A stretch of DNA of 64,000 nucleotides from a virus. The notes beneath the pieces are model-generated. The model ran no database searches, was not told where the DNA came from, and saw only the letters and a list, made by a program, of their open reading frames with translations. The stretch is taken from positions 32,001-96,000 of IMG/VR virus record IMGVR_UViG_3300046804_000544. One strand, 5' to 3'. The translations under genes were made by a program, and so were the position numbers. Of this stretch, positions 47,239 to 62,600 are shown in pieces. The stretch's first letter is position 1. Each line of letters starts with the position of its first letter.

Positions 47239-50200
47239 ATGTCAGCAACCGACAGACAAAATAGATTATTAGTAGCAGAAGACTGGAAACGTGTATATCA
47301 AAGTTTCCGTAATGCTGATTTTCAAAGCTATGATTTTGAAAATTTACGTAGAGCAATGATCACTTATATCAGGGAAAATTACCCTGAAGATTACAATGAT
47401 TACATTGAATCTAGTGAGTATTTGGCCCTAATTGACCTCATTGCTTTCTTAGGACAAAGCCTTAGTTTCCGTATAGATCTAAATGCTAGAGATAATTTTT
47501 TAGAATTATCTGAGCGTAGAGAAAGCATATTACGCCTAGCAAGATTGCTCAGCTATAATCCTAAACGCAACATAGCCTCTTCTGGATTATTAAAATTTAC
47601 CACAGTTTCTACAACACAAACAGTGTTTGATGCTAACGGTAGAAATTTAGCAGGACAAACAATTACATGGAACGACCCAGCAAACGCCAACTGGTACGAT
47701 CAATTTATCAAAGTAATAAATGCAGCATTACCAGCTGCTAGACAATTTGGAAATCCAGACGATCGAGCGACTATTAACGGGATACCAACTGATCAATATA
47801 GATTTCAAGCTATTAATACTGACGTACCTTTGTATAGTTTTACAAAAACGGCTGATGGTTTAAATTTACCTTTTGAATTAGTCAGTACTACATTTAAAGG
47901 ATCTTCAACTATTTATGAAGAAGCTCCTTACATAGGTAATAGATTAGCATTTTTATTTAGAAATGATAACAAAGGTTATGGTTCTGTTAACACAGGTTTC
48001 TTTTTATTGTTTAAGCAAGGCACATTAAATCAAGGAACTTTTACAATTACACAACCTAGTACAAACGAAACTATTGATATTGATAGTACAAATATTAATG
48101 ATAGCGATGTATGGTTATATAGATTAGATCAAAATAATTTAGAGTCAGAATACTGGGCTAAAACAGCATCTACTGAAGGTAATAATGTTATCTATAATAG
48201 TTTGAATAAAGCAATTAGAAACATTTATACAGTTGTTACTAGAGCAGGCGATCGAGTAACTTTACAATTTAGCGACGGAACATTTGGAAACCTACCAAGA
48301 GGTACATTTAGAGTTTACTATAGAAGCAGCATTGGAGTTGGTTATACAATTAATCCAAGAGATATAAGAAATGTTTCAATATCTATACCCTATGTTTCTA
48401 ATGCTAATCAATCCGAAGTTTTGACATTAAATTTAAGTTTACAAAATAGTGTTTCTAATAGCGCAGAATCGGAAACTAATTCAAATATTAAAGCAAGAGC
48501 CCCGGCCACATACTATACACAAAATCGTATGATTACCGGAGAAGATTATAATATTAGTCCGCTAGCTGCTAGTCAACAAGTTGTTAAAGTAAAAGCACTA
48601 AACAGAAGTTCAAGTGGTATTAGTCGTTATTTTGATCTAGTTGATCCAACAGGAAAATACAGTAAAACTAATCTCTTTGGAGACGACGGTGCAATTTATT
48701 CTGAGGAATATTCAGACCAATTTAGGTTTACCTATGCAACAAGAACAGACATTGAAGGGATGATTTATAATCAATTGTATGATTTTTTAGAAAAAAAATC
48801 GTTAAGAGATTTTTATTATAACAAATATTATAAAATTATTACCGGGTCATTGAATGTTGCATGGTACAGTAAAACTGTTGATACTAATCAATCTACAGGA
48901 TACATTGGAGCTACCGAAGACACCGTACCTTATAAATTAGGTGTTTATTCCAGCACATTGCTAAGATTTGCAGTGCCAGGATCAATTTTAAAATTTGAAG
49001 CACCTGTAATCAACAATGTTCAACAGTATTTTGATAAAAGCAATAATAACAACTTAATTACAACAAACGGATTAAATTCTGCAACTTCTCTGTGGTGTAA
49101 AATTATTTCTGTTTCTGGAGACGGTACAAACAATGGAAAAGGTTACTTAGTTTCCGGTGAGGGAACAGTAATGCTTAATGACATTGTGCCTAGTAATGCA
49201 ATTCTTACACAGATAATTCCGGCCTGGCGAACAGTGCTAGATACAAATACAATTACAACAATGGTTGATCTAATATTTGGTAATAAGCCGTTTGGTTTAA
49301 GATATGATGTTGAAGAACGTAATTGGAAAATTATTTTTGATGTTAACCTTAATACAACAGACGATTTTAGTCTAGGACAGCAAGGGGATAATTCCAATCA
49401 AAAGAAAGATTCAAGTTGGTTAGTATTGTTTACTACTGACACAGAATATTATACCGTTAAATTTAGATTACGTCGATATATTTTTGAAAGCGATCAACAG
49501 ATTAGATTTTTCTTTGATGCTAGTGATAAAATTTATGATACTAGAACTAACACTGTAACCAAAGATAAAATTAAAATTCTAAGCATCAATACACGGCCTG
49601 ATTCCACTATACCGTTTACATTTGATCGAGATTGGGAAATTACTGAAGAATTTAGAGGCCTAGACGGATATGTAGATACTAAAAAAATACAGGTAACCTT
49701 TAGTGATACTGACGATGACGGGGTAGTTGATAATCCTGATATTTTCGATGAAATAGTAAGTCCAAATGTAAATGTAACATCAAAATATGTAGTTTTAGAA
49801 AGATACACAATTGAACAAGGACAAGAAGACTATAGGTTATTTGATAATTCAAATAGCACAGTTTTGATTTATAATGATGAAACTGAAGTGACTAACTTAT
49901 CTTTGTTTAATGAAGGACAATACTTTTATTTTATCAATGGTGATACTGTTAAAAAATTAGATTTAATTAACGGCTTAGTTGTCAGTTTAGATTATATTGT
50001 ATATCAAGGACGTAATAATTTAAAATTTCAGTACATTCATAATGCAGATTATGAAACAAGAATTGATCCCGGATTAACTAATTTAATTGATGTCTTCATT
50101 TTAACAAAACAATACGATAAAGAATTTAGAGAATGGTTAGATGGTATTAGAGAGGCTGAACCTTTACCTCCTAGTTCTGATGCACTCTACAATTTATTGT

Positions 50201-50694
50201 CACCAGAATTGAATAAGATTAAGTCAATCAGTGATGAAATAATCTATCACCCTGCAAAATATAAAGTGTTATTTGGCAGTAATGCTAGTAGAGATGTACA
50301 GGCAACTTTTAAAATTGTAAAAAATGCAGAAGTTGTAATAAGTGACAACGATGTTAAATCTAGAGTCATTTCTGCAATCAACGAATTTTTTGCACTGGAC
50401 AACTGGGACTTTGGGGATAATTTTTATTTCTCAGAGTTAACAACTTATGTAATGAATAAATTAGCACCAAACATTGTTACTTTTATTTTAGTGCCTAGAG
50501 ATGGTGATTTGTCTTTTGGTAGTTTATTTGAAGTAAGATCTGAAAAAGATCAAATTTTTATTAGTGGTGCTACTGTTGATGATATTGAAATTATTACAGC
50601 AGTGACAGCAAGTAAGTTGCAAGCATCTGGTTCAATAACATTAAACGCAACAGTCACAAACCAACAGGTAATAACAAGTTCAGGAATTAACTAA
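47239..50694 (+). CDS. gp6: Baseplate wedge protein, gp6-like (1151 aa)
   Basis: DFENLR..MI.Y+R...D+.DY+ESS...LID..A, RESILRLARLLSYNPKR, FSDGTFGNLP and AP..YYTQNRMIT.EDY motifs. Confidence 0.85.
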   Translation: MSATDRQNRLLVAEDWKRVYQSFRNADFQSYDFENLRRAMITYIRENYPEDYNDYIESSEYLALIDLIAFLGQSLSFRIDLNARDNFLELSERRESILRLARLLSYNPKRNIASSGLLKFTTVSTTQTVFDANGRNLAGQTITWNDPANANWYDQFIKVINAALPAARQFGNPDDRATINGIPTDQYRFQAINTDVPLYSFTKTADGLNLPFELVSTTFKGSSTIYEEAPYIGNRLAFLFRNDNKGYGSVNTGFFLLFKQGTLNQGTFTITQPSTNETIDIDSTNINDSDVWLYRLDQNNLESEYWAKTASTEGNNVIYNSLNKAIRNIYTVVTRAGDRVTLQFSDGTFGNLPRGTFRVYYRSSIGVGYTINPRDIRNVSISIPYVSNANQSEVLTLNLSLQNSVSNSAESETNSNIKARAPATYYTQNRMITGEDYNISPLAASQQVVKVKALNRSSSGISRYFDLVDPTGKYSKTNLFGDDGAIYSEEYSDQFRFTYATRTDIEGMIYNQLYDFLEKKSLRDFYYNKYYKIITGSLNVAWYSKTVDTNQSTGYIGATEDTVPYKLGVYSSTLLRFAVPGSILKFEAPVINNVQQYFDKSNNNNLITTNGLNSATSLWCKIISVSGDGTNNGKGYLVSGEGTVMLNDIVPSNAILTQIIPAWRTVLDTNTITTMVDLIFGNKPFGLRYDVEERNWKIIFDVNLNTTDDFSLGQQGDNSNQKKDSSWLVLFTTDTEYYTVKFRLRRYIFESDQQIRFFFDASDKIYDTRTNTVTKDKIKILSINTRPDSTIPFTFDRDWEITEEFRGLDGYVDTKKIQVTFSDTDDDGVVDNPDIFDEIVSPNVNVTSKYVVLERYTIEQGQEDYRLFDNSNSTVLIYNDETEVTNLSLFNEGQYFYFINGDTVKKLDLINGLVVSLDYIVYQGRNNLKFQYIHNADYETRIDPGLTNLIDVFILTKQYDKEFREWLDGIREAEPLPPSSDALYNLLSPELNKIKSISDEIIYHPAKYKVLFGSNASRDVQATFKIVKNAEVVISDNDVKSRVISAINEFFALDNWDFGDNFYFSELTTYVMNKLAPNIVTFILVPRDGDLSFGSLFEVRSEKDQIFISGATVDDIEIITAVTASKLQASGSITLNATVTNQQVITSSGIN

Positions 50695-53600
50695 TGGCTA
50701 ATCAAAATCAAAGCGAGTCAGGACTTCCGCTATCAAATCAAAGTAATCGTCAAACTTCTGACCTTCTTCCAAGATATTATAGAACAGATGCTAACAAAAA
50801 GTTTTTGTCAGCAACATTGGACCAACTGACTAAACCTGGTAAAGTTAAAAAGTTAACTGGATATATTGGTCGAGCCTATGCTAAATCTACTGTAGCTGAT
50901 GATGTATTTTTACAAGCATCAACTACTGAACGACAAAATTACCAATTAGAACCTGCGGCTGTAATTCAAGATTATCTTGGAAACGTAACCTTCTTTAAAG
51001 ACTATATTGATCATATGAATCATATTGAAGTCTTTGGCGGAATAGTTAATAATCATGCTAGGGTTAACGAACAAGAGTTTTACAGTTGGGACCCACATAT
51101 TGATTGGGATAAGTTTGTTAATTTTGAACAGTATTATTGGTTGCCCGACGGTCCTCCGGCAGTTGAAGTTATAGGTCAAACAGAAGAAATTGAAAGCACA
51201 TTCACTGTACGTACCGAAGATGAAGGAGATACGTATGCATATATTTTTACTCCCGACGGGCTTACAAGAAATCCTACATTGACTTTGTATAAAGGGCAAA
51301 CTTATAAATTTGAAATAAACAGCCCTAACAATCCATTCTCAATTAAAACTGCTAGAGTTAGCGGAGATTTAGAAAGATATACGGACGGAGTCAGTGCTAG
51401 TGCTATTGAAGAAGGTGTTATTACTTTTGTAGTTCCTAGAGGAAGTCCTGACGTATTGTATTATGTTAGCGAAGAAGATGCTAATGTTGGCGGAACAATA
51501 CAAGTTGCTGACATTAATGAAAATACATTTTTAGATGTAGACAAAGATATTATAGGTAAAAAAACTTATAAGTTAAAAAACGGTTTATCTTTGTCTAACG
51601 GAATGAAATTATATTTTACAGGCAAAACTAATCCGTCACAGTACAGCACTGGTTACTGGTATGTTGAAGGAGTAGGAAAAGCCATTCAATTAGTTAATGA
51701 AAAAGATTTAAGCATTATTGGCTCGTATACTGAAGAAGTTAATCAACTTTTTGATGATAGACCGTTTGATAGAGATCCCTTTAGTACAAGTACAGCATAT
51801 CCGGCTAACAAAGATTACATTGTTATTAATCGTGCTAGCCCAGATCGAAATCCATGGAGCCGTTACAATCGTTGGTTCCATCAGGATGTTATTATCCAGT
51901 CTGCTGCTAATAACGGATCTATTGCAGATTTAGATCAAACTGCTCGTGCTAATAGACCTATTATTGAATTTCAAGCAGGATTAAAACTGTATAATTTTGG
52001 TCATAAAGCAAAACTAGATGTTGATTTAATTGATAATTTTACTACAGATGTGTTTTCTACAGTAGAAGGCTCGTTAGGTTATAATATTGACGGAATAGAT
52101 TTGGCACAGGGAATGCGTGTTATTTTTTCTGCGGATCCTGATAGATTTGTAAAAGATAAAATTTTTAATGTTAATTTTATAGAAGTTATTGTACCTAGTA
52201 GACAATTTGAATTTTTAGCAGCTACAGGAGTAGATGTTACTACAGATATTATTACTTGTAATACGCCTCACGGACTTAACACTGGTAATCAAATCACATA
52301 TTTGAATAATGGAAATGCTAGTGTCCAAGGATTAGTCCATAGAAAAATTTATTATGCATATATTATTAATGATACACAATTAAAATTATATACAGATAAA
52401 TTGTTAACGCAACAAGTAGATATTTTTAATATTGGAACAGGAGTTCATTCTTTTGAAGTATTTTCGGGTATTCGCCGACAAATTAATCTAGTAGAAGCTG
52501 ATGACGCAGTTCCTTTAGAAAATGAAACTGTTATTATTAAACAAGGTACAACAAATCAAGGATCTATGTACTGGTATGATGGTACAGACTGGAAGACTGG
52601 CCCTGCAAAAACTTCTGTAAATAATAATCCTTTATTTGATTTATTTGATAGTAATGGAAACAGCTTTGGAGATACATCAGTTTATGATGGGTCTTCTTTC
52701 TCTGGCAACAGAATTTTTTCTTATAAAGTTGGTACTGGACCTAATGACTCTAGTTTAGGTTTTCCGTTATCCTATCAAAATATTAATAATGTTGGTGATA
52801 TTAAGTTTGAATTTAATTTATTAAATGAGTCTTTCAATTACAAAGAAATAACCCAAGTATTAACTAAGAAAACAAATGTTGGATATTTAAAAGTTATTAA
52901 AGATCTAACTAATTTTGACTACGCTAACGGGTGGGTCACATCTAAAGTAAAAAATACGCAACCAGTTATTAGAGTATTTAAAGAGTCTAATTTAACAAAC
53001 AATTTTCCAATTGACGTGTTTGACTATAAAGATAAATTAAGTGATCTTGAAGTTCGAGTGTATATTAACGGGGTTCGTCAAGATAAAGATACTTATTCAG
53101 TAATAGACAGCACTGTTTATAAAAAAGTTCTGCTAGCAAAAGACGTATTGTTAACAGACATAGTTACATTAAAATGTTATACTGCTCAGCCTGCAAACAG
53201 TGTTGGATATTATGAAGTTCCTGTTAGTTTACAAAATAATCCAGGTAACAAAGATTTAGTGAATTTTACTCTAGGCGAAGTTATTAATCACGTTGATTCA
53301 ATAATTGATAATTTACCAGCTATACAAGGAGAATATCCTGGTTATAGCAATCTAAGAGATTTAGGATTTGTAACACCGTACGGCGTAAGATTTGTTCAAC
53401 ATAGTAGTCCGTTAAATTTTGCATTATATCATTTAGGCAGTAAATCTGAAAATATTTTTAAAGCTATTGATCAATCTAGAGAAGACTACAATAGATTTAA
53501 AAAATTATTTTTAAACAAAGCGTTTGATGCAGCAATTTATACAGAACCTAGAGCGTTTGTTGATTACATTTTAACAGAAATGTTAAAAGATAAACCCAAG

Positions 53601-56600
53601 ACAGATAGTTATTATTTGTCAGATATGTTTGCATATTCTGGAGCAAAAGTTTTATCATATACTGTATTAGATGCAACAGTTAAAACATATCCGTTAACTG
53701 CTCATTTTGATTTGGATACATTATCAAATAAAGCAGTAGGAATTTATTTAAATGGCGAACAGTTATTGCAAGGCAGAGATTATACGTTTGGCACTGAAAA
53801 TTTCTTTACAATAACAGCTAATTTATCTGAAGATGATATCATTGAAGTTTATGAGTACGAAAGCACCGACGGAAGTTTTTGCCCTCCAACCCCTACTAAA
53901 TTGGGATTGTTTCCATTATACGAACCTGAAATATTTCTTGACAACACATACCTAACCCCGCAAACAGTTATAAGGGGACATGATGGCAGCATTGTTGTTG
54001 GTTATAATGATTATAGAGACAACCTTTTATTAGAATTAGAAAAACGAATTTTTAATAATATTAAGATAAAATACAATCCTGATATTTTTGATATCTATGA
54101 TTTAATTCCGGCGTACGAAAAAACTCAAACATATACTAGGGCAGAGTATAATCAAGTACTAAGTCAGTTTTATTATCAATGGATTAACAATGCCAGTATT
54201 AACAATAATATATCTTATGAAGGTGATGTTGATATAACTTTTGGATATAGCTACGATCAATCATATGCAATAAATGGCGAAAATGTTCCTGCATATTGGA
54301 GAGGAATTTATTTATGGATGTTTGGAACAGATAGTCCGCATACACGCCCCTGGGAGTGTTTAGGTTTTAGCATTAAACCTCTGTGGTGGGAATCGGTATA
54401 CGGTCCAGCCCCATATACCAGCAACAACTATATTTTATGGGATGATATTGCAAACGGATTAATTCGAGAACCAGGAAAGCCTGTTAGAACAAATTTAAAA
54501 TTTGCAAGGAGCGCATTAACATCTGGACTTCCAGTTGACGAAGACGGAAAATTAATTAGCCCGTTATATTCTAATTTTATACTCGGCTCCTACAACCCAA
54601 CTACGGCCGACAACTACGTATTCGGAGATGTTGGACCAATTGAGACCGCATGGCGCAGAAGTAGTAACTATCCATTTGCTATAATTCAAACAGCATTATT
54701 ATTGCAACCTAATAAAATATTAGGAACATGTTTAGATAGAAGCAGAATAATTAAATCAAAAACAAATCAGTTAATTTATTCTGATACCGGTGTAAGAGTT
54801 AGATTAGAAGATCTTGTTCTTCCATCTACTGCTAGTTCTAATACAAGAACTTTTACTAGTGGTTTGTTAAATTATGTAGTTGATTATCTAACCAGTAGCT
54901 TGACTTCAAACTTAGAAACTTACAAGTCTAATCTAACTAATTTAACAAATAAAATTACATCTAAACTAGGAGGATTTACTACTAAAGAAAAATATAGATT
55001 ACTATTAGATAGCAAAAATCCTTTAAGTTCAGGCGGAGTATTTGTTCCTGAAGAAAGTTATAATTTATTTCTTAATACTAGTTCTGCTATTAAACGAGTA
55101 TCTTATAGTGGCATAATCGTTACTTTAGGAACATCTGGAAAATATGAAGTTAGAGGGTATGATATCGATCGTCCCTATTTTGTAACATATTCTCCTATCG
55201 AACTAGGAAAATATATTAACATTGGAGGCATCTCAGAAAGCTATCTTAACTGGGATACTGAAAAATATTATCTATCTGGAAAAGTTACCAAATACAACGG
55301 AAATTATTATAGAGTAAAGATATCACATACCAGCACTGACAAGTTTAATACCGAATACTTTGTAAAGCTACCAAGCCTGCCGTTAATGGGAGGAGTTGAT
55401 GCATATCTTCCAAACAAATGGAATTTTAGCCAACCTATTGTAGTTCCATACGGCACTACGTTTTCATCACGTCAAGATGTGGTAACTTTTATACTAGGTT
55501 ACGGAGCGTATCTAAAATCTCAAGGTTTTGTATTTGATGATTACAATCCAGAATACAAACTTATTGACAATTGGGAAACTAGCACAAAGGAATTTTTATT
55601 CTGGACAACACAGAATTGGGCAGTAAATTCTGCAATAGCATTAAGTCCATTGTCTAAGAAATTAATTTTTACCCCAACTGAAACTAGTGTTGTTGGAAAT
55701 ATTAGAGATGACTTTTACAATTATAGCATTTTTAGAGCCGATGGACAAAAGTTAAATGCAGAATTTACCAATACATTTAGAGAAGAAAGCACATTTACAC
55801 TTAGTCCTAAAAATACTAATCATGGCATTTACGGTGCAGTGCTATATTTGTTACAAAAAGAACATGTGTTGTTATTAGAAAATCGTACGTTGTTTAATGA
55901 TGTCATCTACGACCAAGAGCCAGGATTTAGACAGGAAAAAATTAAAGTATTAGGTTACATTACTAGCTACTGGTCTGGAGGATTAGATAGTCCAGGTTTT
56001 ATTTTTGACGAAGCAAAAATAACAGAATGGCAACCCTATCAAGATTATTATTTAGGCGAAACTGTTCAATATAAACAATTTTACTATGTAGCTAATAGGT
56101 TCGTCAACGGCAGTGACAGCTTCCAAATGACTGATTCTAATAGGAATGTAAATTGGATTAAAATAGATGAAAAGCCAAAAGCAAAATTATTACCTAATTG
56201 GGATTATAAAGTAGAACAGTTTACTGATTTTTATGATTTAGATACAGACAACTTTGACACTGAACAGCAAAGATTAGCGCAACATTTAATTGGTTATCAA
56301 AAGCGTCAATACCTTGAAAATATTATTAACGATGATGTAAGTCAATATAAATTTTATCAAGGAATGATTATCGAAAAAGGAACACAAAATGTTCTAAATA
56401 AACTTTTTGATGTATTAAGCGCAGATGGCGAGGAAAGTTTAGAATTTTATGAAGAATGGGCTGTGCGTGTTGGTGAATACGGCGGCATTGAAATTTATGA
56501 TGAAATTGAGTTTAAATTAGACGAAAGTTTGTTTAAATTAAATCCTCAACCGTTTGAATTAACATCAACAAATTCTAATATAAATGATTTCATCATTAAG

Positions 56601-59600
56601 CAACTGCCAACTGACATATATCTTAAACCATTGGGGTATAACAATACTCCTTGGTCGACAGACGGAGTAACAGAATATTTAAGGACTCCTGGATATGTTA
56701 GATATGAAGATGTAAAATTAAATTTAGACACTTTAGATGAAGTTTTAACAAAAGATGTTACCGCATTTAAAGAAGGTGATTATGTTTGGTGTGCATTTGA
56801 AGGACGTGATTGGAACGTCTATAGATTTACTAAAACTAATTTTTACGTTGAAGATGTAGAATATAATTCGGGTACACTGTCTATTCAGTGTTCGTCTATA
56901 CCTGAATTAGTCACCGATGATATTATTGGTATTGTTAATTCAGATACAATACAGGGGTTCTACAAAGTTTCGTCTGTTGAATTAAACAAAATTTTTATTA
57001 AAACTACAATTGCAAAATGGCAACCGCCGTTTGCTGATAGTTCTACAATATTAACATTTAAATTTACAAAAATTAGATCGTTGTCTATTGATGACATGAA
57101 TGCTGTATTGCCTGCAAGATTAAAACATAACGAACTTGTATGGGTTGATGATAACGGTAGCGGTTTATTTACAGTGTATAAAAACAATCCTGTTTATCAA
57201 CCTCGTTCTATTAAGAGATTTTCTCTCGATACAGATAATTTAAATTTTGGACAAAAAGTAGCCATAGCTAAGAATGGAAATTTAGCGGCAGTTACAAGCA
57301 ACACTGAAGTTGCAATATTTGGAAAAGATTCTACAGGTTTAGCTTGGATCCAGAAACAAATTATTACCCCAGACCCAACAATTTCTAGTTTAACAAATTT
57401 AAACTTTGGTAAAGAAATCTGTTTTAGCCCTGATGGCAATTGGATGGCAATATCTGCTCCAACTGCTTCATATGTTCGTTCATCGTGGGCTGGTGACTAT
57501 GACGGTGGCCATAGTTATTATGCTGGAGATGTAGTAAGATTAGTTTCTAAGTATAAAAATCCAGTAAGGAATGTTTATCTAAGTACTCATTGGAAAGCTA
57601 AACCAACAGCGGTCTTTCGAGGATCAATTACAGGAACAACGCTTACTGTAACCAACATATTGTCAGGAACTATTGCAATAGGACAGCCTATTAGCGCAAA
57701 TAATATTCTTCCGGGAACAGTTATAACTGCTGGTTCTGGTTTAAGCTGGACAGTTAGTACTAATCAAGTATTAACTGATGCTGTTTTTTATAGCGGACTT
57801 ACTGGAATAGACTGGAGTACTATAAATGTCTTTAGTCAAGATTGGGAAATGGCTACTATGGTAGATGTTGATCCAATTAAACCTGCTAGTACTTTGTTAA
57901 GACAGGGCTATGTTGAGTTATATAACAAGAATAGTCAAAGCGGAAATTACACATTACATTCTAGATTTGTTAGCCCGTTCCCAACAGCAAATGAATTATT
58001 TGGTTCTAAAATGGTACTTAGCAAATCCGGTGATGAATATGTGCTGGCAATTTCTAGCCTAGGTTATAATAACGATCAAGGTCGAGTCTATATGTTTAGA
58101 TATAACTCAGATTTTACCAGCTCGGCATCTTGGCATATGGATTATGATAAAAACTATGTTGGAACTTTTGATCCTACAGTAAAATATTCAGTTGGAGATA
58201 TTGTTTTTAATTCTGACACGTATGAATTATATCAATGTTTATCTGAACAGGATCCTGCACCGTTTACACAAAATCCAAGTGCATGGCAATTAGTTGAAAG
58301 ATCAAATATATTAGGATACTTCCCCCAAGAAGTAGTTACTGGTCAAATTAACCCTTATCTTGTAGTTAAACCTACAAAAGACGACTTAGTAGAAAGTGTA
58401 TTTGAAGGTGATCAGTTTGGTTACAGTTTAAGTTTTTCTAGTGACGGATCAACACTTGCTATATCTTCTCCTTTAGCCGACCAGTATGCTGACAATAATT
58501 TTAAAGGTCTGTATAGAGAAACATTAGCATATAGTCAAAACGATATTGTTTACTATAACGGAATTTATTATTCTTATCTTTTAACATTTAACGGCATACC
58601 TGCTGGTACTTTTAATTTGAATAATTGGACAGCAGTATCTAATTTGCGATATTTAAATTCTGGAAAAGTATTTTTATATGAAAGTACTAATGCTGGATAT
58701 AAATTAATTGATTCGTTAGGGGTATCAGATTTAGATTCAGAAAGAGAAATTAGATTCGGAGAATCTATTGATTTATCAACTGACGGAAGTTTGTTAGTAG
58801 TAGGAAGCCCCGCATTTGATGTAAATGTTATAGACTCTGGAGCAGTATTTTTGTTTGGAAGAAATAATTCTTCTTATAATTTAGTAAAAGAAATATATCG
58901 TAATAAACAAGAAGAAAATGAAAGAGTGGGAACTTACGTTGCTTTAATGAACGATGATGAAACATTAGTTTCCTTTGCAGCGAACGGTGATGTTTATAGA
59001 TATACAACATTTGATTCTTATTCCGAACCATTTACCGGAATTGATTCAACAACTGCAAAATATCTACTAGATCCAGAATCTACGCAAACTGAGCAATCAA
59101 CTACATTTGACAATGATACTTTAAAATTAGTTGAAGTTCAGGTAGATACCGGTCGAATTGATATTTTTGACAAATTTGGAAATAGTTATGTCTATGGAGA
59201 AAGCCTAGATACTAGCGATACAAATTCTACTACTGATGGCTACGGAACTTCAATTGCTGTTGGCAATAACAATATTCTAGTTGGTGTTCCTTACGATAGT
59301 GTAAACTTTGTATTAAATGGTAGGGTTGATACATTTTCAAAATTACCTAATACAAAATCTTGGTCTGTACTGCATGAAGAAGTTCCTAGACCAAATGTTT
59401 ACAACATCAAGAAGGCCTATGTTTATAACAAAATATCTAATACGTTAATTTCTTATATTGATGTAGTCGACCCAATACAAGGAAAAATCCCAGGCCCGGC
59501 AGATCAAGAAATACGATACAAAACATATTTTGATCCGGCAGTTTATGCTGTTGGAACAGAAGGACTAAATGTTGACGAAGGGATGCAATGGTCTGCTAGT

Positions 59601-62600
59601 CAAGTTGGTCTCCTATGGTGGGACTTAACAAGAGCAAAATTTATAGATAATCAGGGAGGTAATACTACCTACAGATCATCAACTTGGAATAAACTATATG
59701 AAACTTCAAGCATAGATATATACGAATGGGTTGAAAGTAAACTTAAACCATCTGAAAGAGATGCATTAGTAGGTACACCTAAGGGAGAAAGTTTAGGAAT
59801 TACTGGATTAAGTAGGTATGGAGATTCTGTATACAGTGTTAAGAAAAAATATGACACAGTAGCACAAAAATTTAAAAACACCTATTATTATTGGATTAAA
59901 AACCCTACAGTAATACCCAATGTTCAGGGAAGAATTTTAAGTGCTAAAACTGTAGCTAGTTTAATAGCTGATCCTATAGCAGAAGGATATGCATGTTTAA
60001 TTCTAACTGGAAACAATACATTTTCTTTAGCAAACTTTGAAAGTTTAATTGAATCAACAAATTGTAATTTCAATGTTGAGTATTGGACCATAGCTCCGCA
60101 ATATACTCAAATAAACTCTCACAGCCAATGGAAAATTTTAAGTGAAAATGTAGAAACTGTAATTCCTGTAGAAATTGAAAAGAAATGGATTCATAGTCTA
60201 GTTGGAAAAGATGACGACAATAGGCCTGTTCCTGATTTAGCAATTCCTTTTAAACGTCGATACGGTGTTGAGTTTAGACCTAGACAAAGTATGTTTGTTA
60301 ACCGCATTGAGGCATTAAAACAATACATTGAGCGAGTTAACTCTGTTATATCTAATATATTAATAGCTGACGATTATGATTTGACAGATTTATTAGCATA
60401 CGATCCTGTACCTAGCGCAGTAACTGGTAAATGGGATAAAGAAATTAATACAGAATTAGAATTAAGATTTATTGGTACAGCATTAGTCCAGCCAGCTGAG
60501 TTAACACCAACTATAGTTAACGGTAGAATTACCGGAGTAATTATTAATAATTCTGGATACGGATATATAAATGCACCTTATGTTAAAATAGTAAGTAACC
60601 AGGGTGTTGATGCAGTTTTAAGAACAGAGATCAACAATCTAGGCCAGGTTATCGGTGTCAGTGTAATTAATTCCGGTAAAGGTTATTTGTCAGATACCAC
60701 CTTAGTAATTAGACCTTATGCCGTTTTAGTTAAATCAGATTCAAATGTATTTGATAAATGGAGCATTTATCATTTTAATTCTGCGACCCAAATTTGGGAA
60801 CGATATCAGAGTCAATCATACGATGTAACTTTATATTGGAATTATATTGACTGGTACAGCGCCGGATATAGCCAGTTTACAAAAATTGATTTTGTTGTAG
60901 ACAACACATATCAACTTGCTTCTTTAAGTGCAAATATTGGCAATGTAGTAAAGGTCAACAACATTGGAACTGGCGGCTGGATTTTATTAGAAAAATATGC
61001 CAATAATCCGTCTATTGATTATACTTTAAGTTATTCTGTAATTGGAAGACAACACGGAACTATAGAATTTTCTAAGCAATTATATGATTTTTCAAATTCA
61101 ATAGAAGGGTTTGATGGTAGTTTGTATGATAGTTTATATTACGACAATGTTCCTGACATAGAATTAAAAATTATTATTGACACTATTAGAAACAAGATAC
61201 TTGTCGACGAGCTTAAAGTTGAATATTTAAAATTATTCTTTGCCTCTGTTAGATATGCACTGAACGAACAAACATTTGTTGACTGGGCATTTAAAACCAG
61301 CTTTGTAAAAGCAACACACAAAGTAGGGTACCTAAAACAAAAAGTAAATTATAATAATGACAATCTATCTAATTTTGAAGATTATATTAAAGAAGTTAAA
61401 CCTTATAGAACTCAAATTAGAGAATATATTAGTCAGTATCAGTCTTTAGATACTGCTTATAGCTCAGTAACTGATTTTGATTTACCTCCAAAGTTGAATG
61501 ATGATTTAAGTATAACTCCTGTTAGTGCTGTAGTCGACAGCGGCGGAATTTTTTCTTATGATACAGAAATAAATCAATATCCGTGGAAACATTGGAAAGA
61601 TCATGTTGGTTTTACTATACAAGATATTGTAATAGTAGACGGAGGATCTGGTTATATTGATAATCCTATTGTTAACATTATTGGCGGCTACGGAACTGGA
61701 GCAACGGCCAAGGCTTATATAGCCAATGGAAAAGTTAATAGAATACAAATAATTAATCCTGGTACAGGATATTTGAAAGCTCCTGTTATTTCTATCGATG
61801 GAAGTTTAGGCGTAGGTGGCATTCAAGCTCGTGCAGTAGCAATTATTGAATCTGAAGTTGTTAGAGCAAATAAAATATCAATTAAGTTTGATAGACTTGC
61901 TAAAACATACATAGTATCAGAAATTATTGAAACTGAAACATTTATCGGAACTGGTTCTAGATTACAATTTGCTCTTAAATTTAGTCCTGTACTAGCAATT
62001 AATACACATTCCGTTCTTGTAAACGGTGTTGATGTTCTTAAAGAAGATTATTCTTTAAGCACTAAAAAATCAACAGCCAAAGGATTTACCAGTTACAGTG
62101 GTCTACTAACACTAACAGAAGCACCAGCTAAGAATGCAGTAATAACTATTGCTTATAAAAAGAATTTTGAACACCTATCTGCTACAGATAGAATCAACTT
62201 TTATTATAATCCAGATTCTGGAATGTACGGTAAAGATCTAGCACAGCTAATGACTGGTGTTGACTATGGCGGCGTTGAAGTTACCGGCTTAGGATTTGCT
62301 ATAAGTGGCGGCTGGGAAAGCCTTCCTTGGTTCTCTGATACTTGGGATGGTTTTGATGTACTGTTTAGTGATTATATTGTATCTGTAAGTGACAGTACCT
62401 ACAGTTACACATTGCCTTATGTTCCTGCTGTTGGAGAAGAAATTAACATATATGTTAACGGTCAACGAATAGATGATCCTTACTTTAACAGTTACGACGG
62501 TAGCACAGTCAAACCAAATGGAAGAACTATTGCTCCGGTTGGCACAGTTATGCAAACTATTGTAGGAGATGGTGTAACTAATACGTATGTATTGCCGAAC